From NCBI GenBank assembly GCA_003550565.1, contig PUKQ01000096.1, positions 1-53,490 of the forward strand: DNA of 53,490 nt, read 5' to 3'. Both the position numbers and the translations under genes were made by a program. The stretch comes from Syntrophomonadaceae bacterium. Lineage in GTDB: Bacteria > Bacillota > Dethiobacteria > DTU022 > PWGO01. Each line of letters starts with the position of its first letter. Position 1 is the first letter of the stretch. A model generated the notes under the pieces. It made no database searches and was not told where the DNA came from. It saw nothing but the letters and a program-made list of their open reading frames with translations. Below are positions 17,764 to 27,404 of the stretch, one piece after another.

Positions 17764-18804
17764 ATGCGAAAACTACGTTTAGGCATTATCGGTTGTGGGG
17801 AAATAACCAGGTTTATGAGCGTTTTTGCCAAATTGAATAATAATATTCAAGTTGTAGGTTTTTATGCGCGCAATATTGAAAAAGCCCACCGCTATGCCTC
17901 CTATTTTAGAGATGCTTCTGCTTATGATGATTACGTTAAAATGGCTTCCAATTTACAAATGGATGCGGTATATATAGCGCTTCCCCATCATCTTCATTAC
18001 CCGGTAATGCAGGAATATGTTTCCAGAGGAATTCATGTCCTGTGCGAAAAACCGGCAGCACGCCACTTCACAGAAGCGAATGAGACCTTGAATTTAGCCC
18101 GGGAGCGCAAAGTTAAAATTGGTGTTAACTATCAATACCGCTATGATAAAGCTTGTTACCGAATGGCTAAAGCAGCTCAGAATGGGGACCTTGGGAAATT
18201 GCATTATGGAATATGCAATATACCCTGGTCCCGGAGCAACGAATATTTTCGGAAGAGCCAATGGCATGCCCAATGGGAAAAATCAGGTGGTGGCACCCTT
18301 ATTACCCATGGTTCTCACGGTCTTGATTTGTTGTTGTGGTCGTTTGGCAAAAAACCTGTTCATGCGGCAGGTTTTAGCTCCCAGCAGAAATTTCTCCATA
18401 CTGAAGTAGAAGATCTATGCATGGGAATTTTAGAACTTGAAAATGGTTCCCTTCTTCAGGTTACCAGTTCCATGGTAGCGATGCCGGAACAGCCTGCCAT
18501 GGTGAAAATTTACGGGTCAAAAGGGACTGCCATATGCACTTTCCGGGAACTCTTTTCCAGCGTGAATTTTATTAAAACTTCCGTGCCGAATTATACTCCC
18601 GAAGTCCGGGGTGTTCATGCCATGGGAAGAAGTTTGGAAGCTTTTAGGCAATGGGTAGTCAAAGATAAACCATATTATTGTTCCCTGGAGGATGTTCTGG
18701 ATGTGTTGGCATCAATAGAAGCTATTTATGAAAGTAGCCGGAGTCAGGCCAAAATTGAAGTTAAAAAAGGAAATTTTGAAAACTACGGGAGAAAAATATT
18801 GTGA
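17764..18804 (+). CDS. Gfo/Idh/MocA family NAD(P)-dependent oxidoreductase
   Basis: 346 aa. LRLGIIGCGEI is the Rossmann start, and HVLCEKP is the family EKP motif. The size is typical. Confidence 0.85.
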   Translation: MRKLRLGIIGCGEITRFMSVFAKLNNNIQVVGFYARNIEKAHRYASYFRDASAYDDYVKMASNLQMDAVYIALPHHLHYPVMQEYVSRGIHVLCEKPAARHFTEANETLNLARERKVKIGVNYQYRYDKACYRMAKAAQNGDLGKLHYGICNIPWSRSNEYFRKSQWHAQWEKSGGGTLITHGSHGLDLLLWSFGKKPVHAAGFSSQQKFLHTEVEDLCMGILELENGSLLQVTSSMVAMPEQPAMVKIYGSKGTAICTFRELFSSVNFIKTSVPNYTPEVRGVHAMGRSLEAFRQWVVKDKPYYCSLEDVLDVLASIEAIYESSRSQAKIEVKKGNFENYGRKIL

Positions 18805-19799
18805 GTACCATTAAAGATGTGGCTGAAAAAGCAGGAGTTTCCATCAGTACTGTATCACGGACTTTGACTAGCAGTGCACCGGTGATGGAAGAGACTCGCC
18901 AGAAAGTTTTGGAGGCGGTAGCAGAGCTTAACTATCAACCTAACACTGTTGCCCGAGGACTAAAAGTGGGTCGCTCCAAAACTTTGGGTTTAATCATTCC
19001 AAATTATCAAAGCCTGGTGTTTCCTGATGCCATTAAGGGAATTACCGATGCATTAGATGATTTTGGCTACAACCTGGTTTTGGGAGATACTTATGATAAT
19101 CTTGAACGCGAAGAACAATTGATTGAAGGTCTGCGCATGCGTATGGTAGACGGGTTGATTTGTTCTACTGCTACGAGAACTAGCACGCATCTTTTGCAAT
19201 TAAAAGAAGAAGGTTTTCCTGTGGTTTTACTTTTGAGGCATTTAAATGAAGATATTGATGCCGTAATAGCGGATAATTACCAGGGTGGTTTTGTAGGAGG
19301 CAATTATTTATTAAATAAAGGTTTTACAAGGATTGGGTTTATCAATGGTTCCCTGGAATTAGACTTATACAGGCAGCGTTATAGTGGTTTTCAAAATGCG
19401 CTTTCCGCTAAAGGTGTAGAGAAAGATCAAAGGCTGATGGCGCATGGTCACAAAGGTTGGCAAGGAGGTTATTATGCCATGTTGAAATTATTAAATCAAA
19501 AACCTTTTCCGGAAGCGGTTTTTGCCACCAGTGACCCCAAGGCTTTTGGCGCGATTAAGGCTATTCATGAATCCGGCATGCAGATTCCGCAGGATATTTC
19601 TGTGGTGGGCTATGACAACCTGGAATTTTCGCAATTAATCAATCCTCCTTTAACCACTATTGGCCAGCCTTTTTATGACATGGGTAGAATGGCTGCCCAG
19701 AAGATATTGGAATTAATCAACCGGGATAACCGGAAGGAAGCAATAGTAGATAAATTTCCGGTGGAACTAATTGAGCGTGGGTCAGTGAGAGAAAAATGA
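18801..19799 (+). CDS. LacI family transcriptional regulator
   Basis: 332 aa. The N-terminal HTH is TIKDVAEKAGVSISTVSRTL...YQPNTVARGLK. A periplasmic-binding-protein-like sugar-binding core follows. It overlaps the upstream gene by 4 nt. Confidence 0.9.
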   Translation: MSTIKDVAEKAGVSISTVSRTLTSSAPVMEETRQKVLEAVAELNYQPNTVARGLKVGRSKTLGLIIPNYQSLVFPDAIKGITDALDDFGYNLVLGDTYDNLEREEQLIEGLRMRMVDGLICSTATRTSTHLLQLKEEGFPVVLLLRHLNEDIDAVIADNYQGGFVGGNYLLNKGFTRIGFINGSLELDLYRQRYSGFQNALSAKGVEKDQRLMAHGHKGWQGGYYAMLKLLNQKPFPEAVFATSDPKAFGAIKAIHESGMQIPQDISVVGYDNLEFSQLINPPLTTIGQPFYDMGRMAAQKILELINRDNRKEAIVDKFPVELIERGSVREK

Positions 19800-19867
19800 G
19801 TTGAGCCTAATATTATTTTGTAAGGACAATAAATTACAAGGATACTATTAAGGAGGGGTGATAGAGT

Positions 19868-20962
19868 TTGAGTTCAGCAAAATCCATGGTTTTAACGGAA
19901 TTTAATGCTCCTTTAGAAAAACAGGAATATCCGCTCCCTGAACCGGCAAAAGGTCAGCTTCTGGTGAAAATAGCTGCCGCCGGTGTGTGCGGTTCGGATG
20001 CCCATATGTGGAGGGGGAAAGATCCTCGCACCCCTTTGCCTGTGATTTTGGGCCACGAGGGAGTGGGATGGGTTGCCGGCATTAAAGATGATAAAGAGTC
20101 TGTGGAAGGTCAAATAATCAGGGAGGGGGATCTTATTCTTTGGCACAGGGGAATCAGCTGTGATCGCTGTTATTATTGTAAAATAATTAAAGAACCTGCG
20201 CTATGTTCGAATAGACTGGTGTATGGTATCAACCGGGGGTGCAAGGAACCTCCTCATCTGAGAGGGGGGTATTCCAGTCACATTCTTCTTGATGAATCTA
20301 CCAGCGTGTTTCGTCTCCCTCCCCATATAGATCCGGCGGTAGTTGTAGGTGCTACTTGCTCTGGCTCTACTGCTGCCCATGCTTTTGATCTGTTTTCGCC
20401 TCGGATTGGCGATACTGTGTTGGTTCAAGGCCCAGGCCCCCTTGGTTTGTTTTCCATAGCATTTGCGGCAGCTTGCGGTGCTGCTCAAATTGTGGCAATA
20501 GGTGGAACTGCCGATAGGTTAGAGCTATGCCGGGGTTTTGGCGCAGACATTACCCTTAACAGAAATGAGCTATCGGCAGCAGAACGACGGGAAAAGATAA
20601 TGGAACTTACTGACGGTCTTGGAGTTGACTATGCAGTGGAAGCTGCAGGTTCCAAAGAGGCGGTCAAGGAAGGTATATCACTGGTGCGTCCAGGAGGGAC
20701 ATATTTGTCCGTGGGATTTGGGGAACCAGCCGGTGCTTTAGAATTGGAAATATTCGAAGATTTGGTCCGCAAGAACTTGCATCTACAGGGAGTTTGGGTT
20801 AGTGATGTACGCCACACGTATATGGCGCTCCAACTCATCAGAGGAAAGATGGATACATTTGCCAAAATGATTACTCATCGCCTTCCCCTGGAGAGAGCAA
20901 CAGAGGGGATGGAATTAATGGAGAAAAAGGAAGCGGTCAAGGTGGTTTTAACTCCGGAGTAA
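19868..20962 (+). CDS. Zinc-dependent medium-chain alcohol/polyol dehydrogenase
   Basis: 364 aa. GVCGSDAH and GHEGVG are catalytic-Zn motifs. CDRCYYCKIIKEPALC is the structural-Zn lobe. VLVQGPGPLGL is the NAD(P) fold. It has a TTG start after AAGGAGGGG. Confidence 0.85.
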   Translation: MSSAKSMVLTEFNAPLEKQEYPLPEPAKGQLLVKIAAAGVCGSDAHMWRGKDPRTPLPVILGHEGVGWVAGIKDDKESVEGQIIREGDLILWHRGISCDRCYYCKIIKEPALCSNRLVYGINRGCKEPPHLRGGYSSHILLDESTSVFRLPPHIDPAVVVGATCSGSTAAHAFDLFSPRIGDTVLVQGPGPLGLFSIAFAAACGAAQIVAIGGTADRLELCRGFGADITLNRNELSAAERREKIMELTDGLGVDYAVEAAGSKEAVKEGISLVRPGGTYLSVGFGEPAGALELEIFEDLVRKNLHLQGVWVSDVRHTYMALQLIRGKMDTFAKMITHRLPLERATEGMELMEKKEAVKVVLTPE

Positions 20963-21050
20963 AACAGAAAGTTTTTCCGGATAATAGATTAATTCGCAGG
21001 AGTATTAGGATTTCTAATCCTTAAATATGACGGAGAAAAGGAGGATTAAC

Positions 21051-22904
21051 ATGACCCCACAATTGCGTAGGGAAAAATGTGATGTTTTAGTAGTAGGTTC
21101 CGGTGGAGCCGGTTTGCGTGCAGCCATAGCTGCTGATGAAAAAATTGGTAATAATGGTCGAGTGATTTTGGCTACTAAAGGAAAAATAGGATACAGTGGT
21201 GTTACTGCTGTAGCATGTTCTGACCGGATGGCTTTTCATGCTACTTTGCCTTTCACCGAACCGGCTACCGAAGATACCTGGTTTTACCATGCGGAGGATA
21301 TTTATGAAATCGGGGGCAAGGTATCCGATGCTCATCTGGCGCGTATCCTGGCTACCAAATCTGCTGAGGCCTATAACTTCCTGGATAGTATCGGGGTCCC
21401 CTTTGTTAAAAATGAGGAAGGATATCCTCACCAATTTGTTACTGACGGTTCCGATTATGCCCGAGCATGTTATACAGGGCCTCGTACAGCGGTTAATATT
21501 GAAGAAAAATTAGTGGAATATTTTCAGAATACCGGGGTAGATTCTTTAGAGAACTGCACAGTTTTTCGCCTGCTGGTATCCCATGGTGAAATTTGTGGAG
21601 CTCTTGCTCTGGTAGAAGAGGAACCGGGCCATGAAGAGTTTATTGCTATTGAAACTGGTGCGGTAATTATGGCCACAGGCGGTGGTGGAGAAATTTATGC
21701 GGAGAATGTATTTCCCAGGGGTAATAGCGGTGATGCTTTTACGTCCAGTTATCTGGTGGGAGCGGAATTGGTGAATATGGAGTTTCTGCAAATCGGAATT
21801 GCTTCTCTGGCAACCAAACTAAATTGTTCCGGAAGCATGATGCGTGCCATTCCTCGTTTTGTTAACGATGCGGGAGAAGAATTCGTATTTAAATATTTCC
21901 CGGAAGGAACTGCACCCATGGAAATATACAATACCATGTTCCAAAAAGGCGCCACCTGGCCCTTAACATATGAGAAAGAAACCCACAAATTTGACATAGC
22001 GGTGTATAAAGAACGGCGTGCCGGTAGGAAGGTTTATTTGGATTATACTACCAACCCCACCGGTTTTGATTTTAATAAATTGGATCCTGATTTGCAGCGG
22101 CGTTATCAAAATGAGATGAAGTTTGACCTTGGAAAAGAAAGAAGGGAGAATTCGCCGGCAGATAGGTTACAGGAGATTAACACTGAGTCGATAAAGTGGC
22201 TACAGGAAAAAGGAATTGATCCCGTAGCAGGTGATTGGGTGGAAATAGGTTCATGCAGTCAGCATTTTCAAGGAGGAATCAAGATTAATTCCAGGGGAGA
22301 GACCTCTGTTAAGGGGTTGTATGCTGCCGGCGAGTGTGCCGGAGGTCAACACGGTGCTAACCGCCCCGGAGGGAATGCACTCCTGGATGGGCAGGTTTTT
22401 GGCCGCATATGTGGTGAGCAGGCTGCATTTAAGGCCCTTAAAAAAGACCATCCTGATGCTGGCACGAACCCTGATAATGCTTTGCAGGAAGAAATTGCTG
22501 CAGTTGATCATCGCCGGGGTTTGCCGGCAAAAGAAGTGAGGGAAAAAGTGCAGCAGCTAATGAGCTGGTCTGCCAGCGTTGTGCGCACCGGCGAGGGGTT
22601 GGATGAAGGATTGGAGCAATTGAAGGAATTGTGGCTTCAGGGAGTAAGTAAAGACGAGAATGGAATAACTTATGCCCTGGAAACCAGAGCCATGTTCCCT
22701 CTGGCAGAGATGATACTAAAAGCCGCGCGAGAAAGGGACGAAAGTCGTGGGCCTCACCTGCGTTTTCAGCGTTACGAAGATAATATCTCCTTGCCGCATA
22801 AAGACCCGGATTGGCAACAGTATCTGGTATTTAGACGCGGCTCGGATGGAAATATGAAGATGGAACGGCGGGAACCTGTGCGAGACTACTATTATGAAGA
22901 TTAA
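21051..22904 (+). CDS. FAD flavoprotein of the fumarate reductase / succinate dehydrogenase / aspartate oxidase / AprA superfamily
   Basis: CDVLVVGSGGAGLRAA is the dinucleotide fold. Also HFQGGIKIN, LYAAGECAGGQHGANRPGGNALLD and ESRGPHLRF, the family signature near the C-terminus. ATG at 21051 follows AAAGGAGGA at good spacing. The ORF track starts at 21027. Confidence 0.8.
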   Translation: MTPQLRREKCDVLVVGSGGAGLRAAIAADEKIGNNGRVILATKGKIGYSGVTAVACSDRMAFHATLPFTEPATEDTWFYHAEDIYEIGGKVSDAHLARILATKSAEAYNFLDSIGVPFVKNEEGYPHQFVTDGSDYARACYTGPRTAVNIEEKLVEYFQNTGVDSLENCTVFRLLVSHGEICGALALVEEEPGHEEFIAIETGAVIMATGGGGEIYAENVFPRGNSGDAFTSSYLVGAELVNMEFLQIGIASLATKLNCSGSMMRAIPRFVNDAGEEFVFKYFPEGTAPMEIYNTMFQKGATWPLTYEKETHKFDIAVYKERRAGRKVYLDYTTNPTGFDFNKLDPDLQRRYQNEMKFDLGKERRENSPADRLQEINTESIKWLQEKGIDPVAGDWVEIGSCSQHFQGGIKINSRGETSVKGLYAAGECAGGQHGANRPGGNALLDGQVFGRICGEQAAFKALKKDHPDAGTNPDNALQEEIAAVDHRRGLPAKEVREKVQQLMSWSASVVRTGEGLDEGLEQLKELWLQGVSKDENGITYALETRAMFPLAEMILKAARERDESRGPHLRFQRYEDNISLPHKDPDWQQYLVFRRGSDGNMKMERREPVRDYYYED

Positions 22905-22995
22905 GCGAAAATGATTAACACTGTTATTTTTAAATTTATAGAAAAGCTTTTTGGGATGGGATAATATGGAGAGGGGAAAAAGGGGGCGCCTTTAG

Positions 22996-24162
22996 ATGAT
23001 TGATTTAGAAGTAAATTATGGGGGATTGAAATTAAAAAACCCCTTGATAGTTGCTTCTTCTGGTATCAGCGGTACGCTGGATTTAATGCGCCGTGCTGAA
23101 GAAGCGGGAGCAGCGGCAATAGTCATGAAAACTTTGTTTGAGGAACAATATACCAGGAGAACGCCAACACCATGCTTTTCGCTGTTACGAAGAGAAAGCG
23201 AGCCTATGAAATCTACTACTTTTTACAGTTTTGAGCAGGCGAGCCCCTGGGGGTTAGAACGTTATGCACGGGAAGTTTTCAGGGCCAGGGAAGCTCTGGA
23301 AATCCCGGTTATAGCCAGTATTAACTGTGTCAGTGAGGAAAGTTGGCTTGATTATTCCCGCACCTTGGAAGAGGCCGGGGCATGTGCCCTGGAACTTAAT
23401 CGTTCTTGTCCTTTTAGCACGGTAGTGTTGGGAACGGGAGATGCCTGGACTGAGAAAGCGGTGGAGACTCTGGAACTGGTTAAACAGCAGGTTTCTATCC
23501 CCGTATTTCCTAAATTTACTCCCCAGTTATCCAATCCGGTGGGAGCAGCGCTGGCCTTGCAAGAAAGAGGTGCAGAAGGCTTGGTAATGTTCAGCCGTTT
23601 TACCGGTTTGGAGATTGATGTGGAAAAGGAAAGGCCTATCATGCACGGGGGATTTGCAGGGCATGGCGGCATATGGGCCCTACATTACACCTTACGCTGG
23701 ATTGCTGAGGCTTATCCGCAGGTGAAGGTACCTATCAGTGGTAGTGGTGGGGTATCTTCCGGCGAGGATGTAGTCAAATTAATTATGGCCGGTGCAAACA
23801 ATGTGCAATTATGCACATCTATTTACATGGAAGGTTTTCAAGTCATTGGAAATTATCTTCAGTTTTTAGAAGCATTTATGGAAAGAAAAGGATATGCTTC
23901 ACTGCAGGAGTTACGTGGGGTTGTAAATGACAAGATTATCACCCCTGATGCCGTGGTTCGCTCCCGGCGATTGGTGGTTTCCATAGATGAAAAAGAATGT
24001 TCCGGATGCTTTGCATGTGAGGAGATTTGCTATCATGGTGCTATTCAAAATGCAGGTGAGTGCTGCGCCGTAGAAGAGGAAAAATGTATGGGCTGTGGTC
24101 TTTGCATAGAGGTGCTGCAATGTTCCGCATTGCAATGGAAAAGAATATCACCCCCGGCTTGA
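22996..24162 (+). CDS. Dihydroorotate dehydrogenase / dihydropyrimidine dehydrogenase (PreA)-like FMN TIM-barrel protein with C-terminal 2x[4Fe-4S] ferredoxin domain
   Basis: 388 aa. LKLKNPLIVASSG...AIVMKT is the typical class-1 DHODH/DPD start. The C-terminus has CSGCFACEEIC and CMGCGLCIEVLQC cluster motifs. Confidence 0.75.
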   Translation: MIDLEVNYGGLKLKNPLIVASSGISGTLDLMRRAEEAGAAAIVMKTLFEEQYTRRTPTPCFSLLRRESEPMKSTTFYSFEQASPWGLERYAREVFRAREALEIPVIASINCVSEESWLDYSRTLEEAGACALELNRSCPFSTVVLGTGDAWTEKAVETLELVKQQVSIPVFPKFTPQLSNPVGAALALQERGAEGLVMFSRFTGLEIDVEKERPIMHGGFAGHGGIWALHYTLRWIAEAYPQVKVPISGSGGVSSGEDVVKLIMAGANNVQLCTSIYMEGFQVIGNYLQFLEAFMERKGYASLQELRGVVNDKIITPDAVVRSRRLVVSIDEKECSGCFACEEICYHGAIQNAGECCAVEEEKCMGCGLCIEVLQCSALQWKRISPPA

Positions 24163-24190
24163 TGGGGAAAAGGAGGTTTAAGCTTTTGCC

Positions 24191-24838
24191 ATGCTAAAAA
24201 AAATGAGAAATCTCCAGCGAATTATGGATACGGGAATTATAGCCGTCATTCGCGGAGATACTGTTCAACAGGCTCTGCAGGTAGCAGAAGCGGTCAAGAA
24301 AGGCGGTATTGATATCATCGAAATAACCATGACTGTTCCGGGGGCCATGGATGCTTTACCTCAATTCAAACAGAAATTTCCCCGGGACGAAGTATTACTG
24401 GGCGCGGGAACAGTCCTGGATACGGAAACTGCTCGCCTTACCATATTAGCCGGTGCTGAATTTGTGGTTAGTCCGGGCTTAAACCCGGAGGTGGTGAAAA
24501 TGTGCAATCGTTACCAGGTGCTAAATATGGCCGGTAGTATGACGGTTAATGATGTTATAGGAGCTTTGGAAGCGGGTAGTGATGTAGTTAAATTTTTCCC
24601 GGGTAACCTTTTTGGCCCTCAAGTTATTAAAACCCTTAAGGGACCTCTACCGCAGGCAGAATTTATCCCTACAGGGGGGGTCAACCTGGATAATGTTCAG
24701 GAGTGGTTCCGTTTTGGCTGCCTGGCAGTTGGTGTGGGCAGTGAACTGACCAGGGGAGCAGAAAAAGGAGATTATGATGAGGTAACCAGAACTGCCGCAG
24801 CTTTTCGGGAAAAAATTATGGAAATCAGAAAGGGGTAA
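24191..24838 (+). CDS. eda: 2-dehydro-3-deoxy-phosphogluconate (KDPG) / 4-hydroxy-2-oxoglutarate aldolase
   Basis: 215 aa. GIIAVIRG, IDIIEITMTVPGA, GAGTVLD, VVKFFPG and IPTGGV follow the Eda family pattern. Confidence 0.85.
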   Translation: MLKKMRNLQRIMDTGIIAVIRGDTVQQALQVAEAVKKGGIDIIEITMTVPGAMDALPQFKQKFPRDEVLLGAGTVLDTETARLTILAGAEFVVSPGLNPEVVKMCNRYQVLNMAGSMTVNDVIGALEAGSDVVKFFPGNLFGPQVIKTLKGPLPQAEFIPTGGVNLDNVQEWFRFGCLAVGVGSELTRGAEKGDYDEVTRTAAAFREKIMEIRKG

Positions 24839-24863
24839 TATTTTTAGGAAAGGAGGTTTTATA

Positions 24864-25886
24864 TTGGAAAGAGTGGTCACTTTTGGGGAAATTATGATGC
24901 GCCTTTCACCCCCCGGAGTACAAAAGTTGATCCAGGCAGAAAACCTGGAGCTGACTTACGGAGGTGGAGAGGCAAATGTGGCAGTTTCATTGGCCAATTA
25001 TGGCCTGGATAGTGTTTTTGTGACCCGCCTCCCCAAAAACCCTCCCGGGCAGGGTGCGCTCAATCACTTACGCAGGTTTGGCGTTAATACTCAATATATT
25101 GATCGGGGTGGAAATAGGCTGGGACTTTATTTTCTGGAAAAAGGCGCTTCGCAGCGGCCTTCTTCTGTGAGTTATGATCGCACGAATTCTGCTATATCCG
25201 AAGCAGGAAAAGGTGATTTTCCCTGGCAGGTTATTTTGAGTGATGCCAGGTGGTTTCATTTTACCGGTATAACCCCCGCCCTTAGCGACAGGGCTGCGGA
25301 AGCTACCCTGGAGGCTTGCAAGATTGCCAGGAACATGGGGGCAACAATTAGCTGTGATTTAAACTACCGGAAAAAATTATGGTCGCGGGAAAAAGCCGGG
25401 GAGGTAATGGGCTCCCTAATGCCTTATGTAGACGTGGTGATTGCCAATGAAGAAGATGCCGAGCAAGTTTTTGGAATCAAAGCGGGTGATACAGATGTAG
25501 AAAAAGCTGAATTGGACGAAGAAGGTTACATGGAAGTTGCCCGTAGGTTAAAAGAAAACTTTGACTTTAGATACGTAGCTATTACTTTACGGGAAAGTTA
25601 CTCGGCCTCGGATAATGGATGGTCGGGTTTGCTTTATGATGGCACGACTTATTATCATTCTCGCCGGTACACCATTCATGTAGTGGACCGGGTAGGGGGT
25701 GGAGATGCTTTTGCCGCTGGACTGATTTATGGCCTACTCCATGAATGGAATCCTCAAGATACAATAGAATTTGCTGCAGCGGCTTCATGCTTAAAACATA
25801 CTATCCCCGGTGACCTGAACATGGCCTCGGTGGAAGAAGTACAAAATTTAGCAAAAGGAGCAGATTCGGGAAGGGTGCAGCGGTAG
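24864..25886 (+). CDS. kdgK: 2-dehydro-3-deoxygluconokinase (PfkB family)
   Basis: 340 aa. VVTFGEIMMRLSP, GGGEANVAVSLA and VDRVGGGDAFAAGLIYG are PfkB/KdgK signatures. It has a TTG start after AGGAGG. Confidence 0.85.
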   Translation: MERVVTFGEIMMRLSPPGVQKLIQAENLELTYGGGEANVAVSLANYGLDSVFVTRLPKNPPGQGALNHLRRFGVNTQYIDRGGNRLGLYFLEKGASQRPSSVSYDRTNSAISEAGKGDFPWQVILSDARWFHFTGITPALSDRAAEATLEACKIARNMGATISCDLNYRKKLWSREKAGEVMGSLMPYVDVVIANEEDAEQVFGIKAGDTDVEKAELDEEGYMEVARRLKENFDFRYVAITLRESYSASDNGWSGLLYDGTTYYHSRRYTIHVVDRVGGGDAFAAGLIYGLLHEWNPQDTIEFAAAASCLKHTIPGDLNMASVEEVQNLAKGADSGRVQR

Positions 25887-25930
25887 TTTAATTTACTCAA
25901 AGATAGAGGGTTCTTGAGGAGGTAAATATT

Positions 25931-27391
25931 ATGGAAAAACCGGTAAAGTTACACAATTATATTTCTTATGGGGTGGGTGATTTCCTGGGCGGCGGTTCCC
26001 TGGTTATCATCGGTACTTTTTTGTTAATTTTTCTTACCGATGTAGTGGGAATGGTTCCCTTCTATGCAGGTCTGGTGTTTGCTATAGGTAAGATATGGGA
26101 TGGTATTTCCGATCCCATCATGGGCTATATCTCTGATCGCACTCGTACCCGCTTTGGCCGTCGGCGTTTTTATTTTCTCATTGGTCTGGTGCCTTCTGGG
26201 GTGTTTTTTTTCCTCCTCTGGGTGCCGGTAAATATCGAAACTCAGTTGGCCCTGTTTTTTTATTACCTTTTGCTTTATATTCTTTTTAATACCAGTTATA
26301 CAATTCTCATGGTCCCCTATACTGCCCTGAATGCGGAAATGTCACTGGATTATAGAGTCAGAGGCAAACTCAGCGGTTTTAAACAATTTGCATCCGGCCT
26401 TTCTTCTGGAATCTGCCTGGTAGGTTCTCAGCCCATCATTGCTTACTTCCCTGATGAAGTTACGGGTTACATGATGATGGGGCTTATTTTTGCTTTATTT
26501 TTCTCCCTGCCTTATATTGCAGTTTTTTTAGGCACGTGGGAAGTTCGTACCGACTACGGGGAAGCTCAAAGGCAAACCTTAAAGGAAATATTTAAAAACT
26601 TTTTCTCCGTTTTTTTAAATAGATCTTTCAGATTACATGTGCTTATGTACGTTGCCGGTTTTGCAGGTCTGGATACTATTATGGCTATGTTTATGTATTT
26701 TCTTACGTATTACCTGGGCGATCCGGGTCTATTGCCCATTTTGGGAGCCGCACTTTTCCTCTCCCAGGGAGTAGCCATGCCCATCCATATAAAAATTGGC
26801 AACGTGTGGGGAAAAAGTAAAGCTTATATGCTGGGGGCTATAGTTTGGATGGCAGGGATGATATTTGCTTTTAGCTTTACCCCGGATACTCCGGTGCCGC
26901 TAATGGCCGCCGGTGCGGCAGTTATAGGTTTCGGTATGGCCGGAGTTACGGTTATGCCCTGGGCCATCCTTCCTGAAGTCACTGATGTAGACATACTCAT
27001 TACCGGAGATAAAAGAGCAGGCACTTATTCGGGGATGATGACTTTGCTCCGCAAAATAGTAAACGGCCTGGTGGCTTTCATGGTAGGAATTTTGTTGACG
27101 TTTATAGGTTATGAAGCCGGTGTAGCGGAACAAACCCATGATACCGAACAGGCATTACGTGCAATGTTTTCTCTTCTTCCGATTATTTTTGTTTTCATAG
27201 GATTTATAACCAGCCTTTGGTTTAAGATAACCCCCACTACTCACAAAATCATGATGGATGAAATCGACCGGCTGGAAGGCGGAGGCAGTAAAGAAGACGC
27301 CGATGAAGAGACCCAAAAAGTTTGTGAGGATTGTACCGGCAAGAAATATGACGAGCTTTATCTGGTGCAAAAAGAGGATAACTTAAAGTAG
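25931..27391 (+). CDS. Glycoside-pentoside-hexuronide (GPH) family cation symporter (MelB/UidB/YicJ-like)
   Basis: 486 aa, about 12 hydrophobic segments. The GPH signature is DGISDPIMGYISDRTRTRFGRRRFY. Confidence 0.85.
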   Translation: MEKPVKLHNYISYGVGDFLGGGSLVIIGTFLLIFLTDVVGMVPFYAGLVFAIGKIWDGISDPIMGYISDRTRTRFGRRRFYFLIGLVPSGVFFFLLWVPVNIETQLALFFYYLLLYILFNTSYTILMVPYTALNAEMSLDYRVRGKLSGFKQFASGLSSGICLVGSQPIIAYFPDEVTGYMMMGLIFALFFSLPYIAVFLGTWEVRTDYGEAQRQTLKEIFKNFFSVFLNRSFRLHVLMYVAGFAGLDTIMAMFMYFLTYYLGDPGLLPILGAALFLSQGVAMPIHIKIGNVWGKSKAYMLGAIVWMAGMIFAFSFTPDTPVPLMAAGAAVIGFGMAGVTVMPWAILPEVTDVDILITGDKRAGTYSGMMTLLRKIVNGLVAFMVGILLTFIGYEAGVAEQTHDTEQALRAMFSLLPIIFVFIGFITSLWFKITPTTHKIMMDEIDRLEGGGSKEDADEETQKVCEDCTGKKYDELYLVQKEDNLK

Positions 27392-27404
27392 TTTAATAGA
27401 AAGG

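Noticed and set aside
21007-21021. AGGATT-TCT-AATCCT inverted repeat just upstream of the flavoprotein gene, as an operator or attenuator
   Set aside because: It has only 6-bp arms and a 3-nt loop, with no T-run and no second copy in the island. It could be an intercistronic RNA hairpin, but the evidence is too thin to call.
21027-21050. Upstream ATG (ORF-track start) for the SdhA-like flavoprotein
   Set aside because: The AAAGGAGGA Shine-Dalgarno lies inside this extension and is correctly spaced for ATG at 21051. The FAD fold starts a few residues after that.
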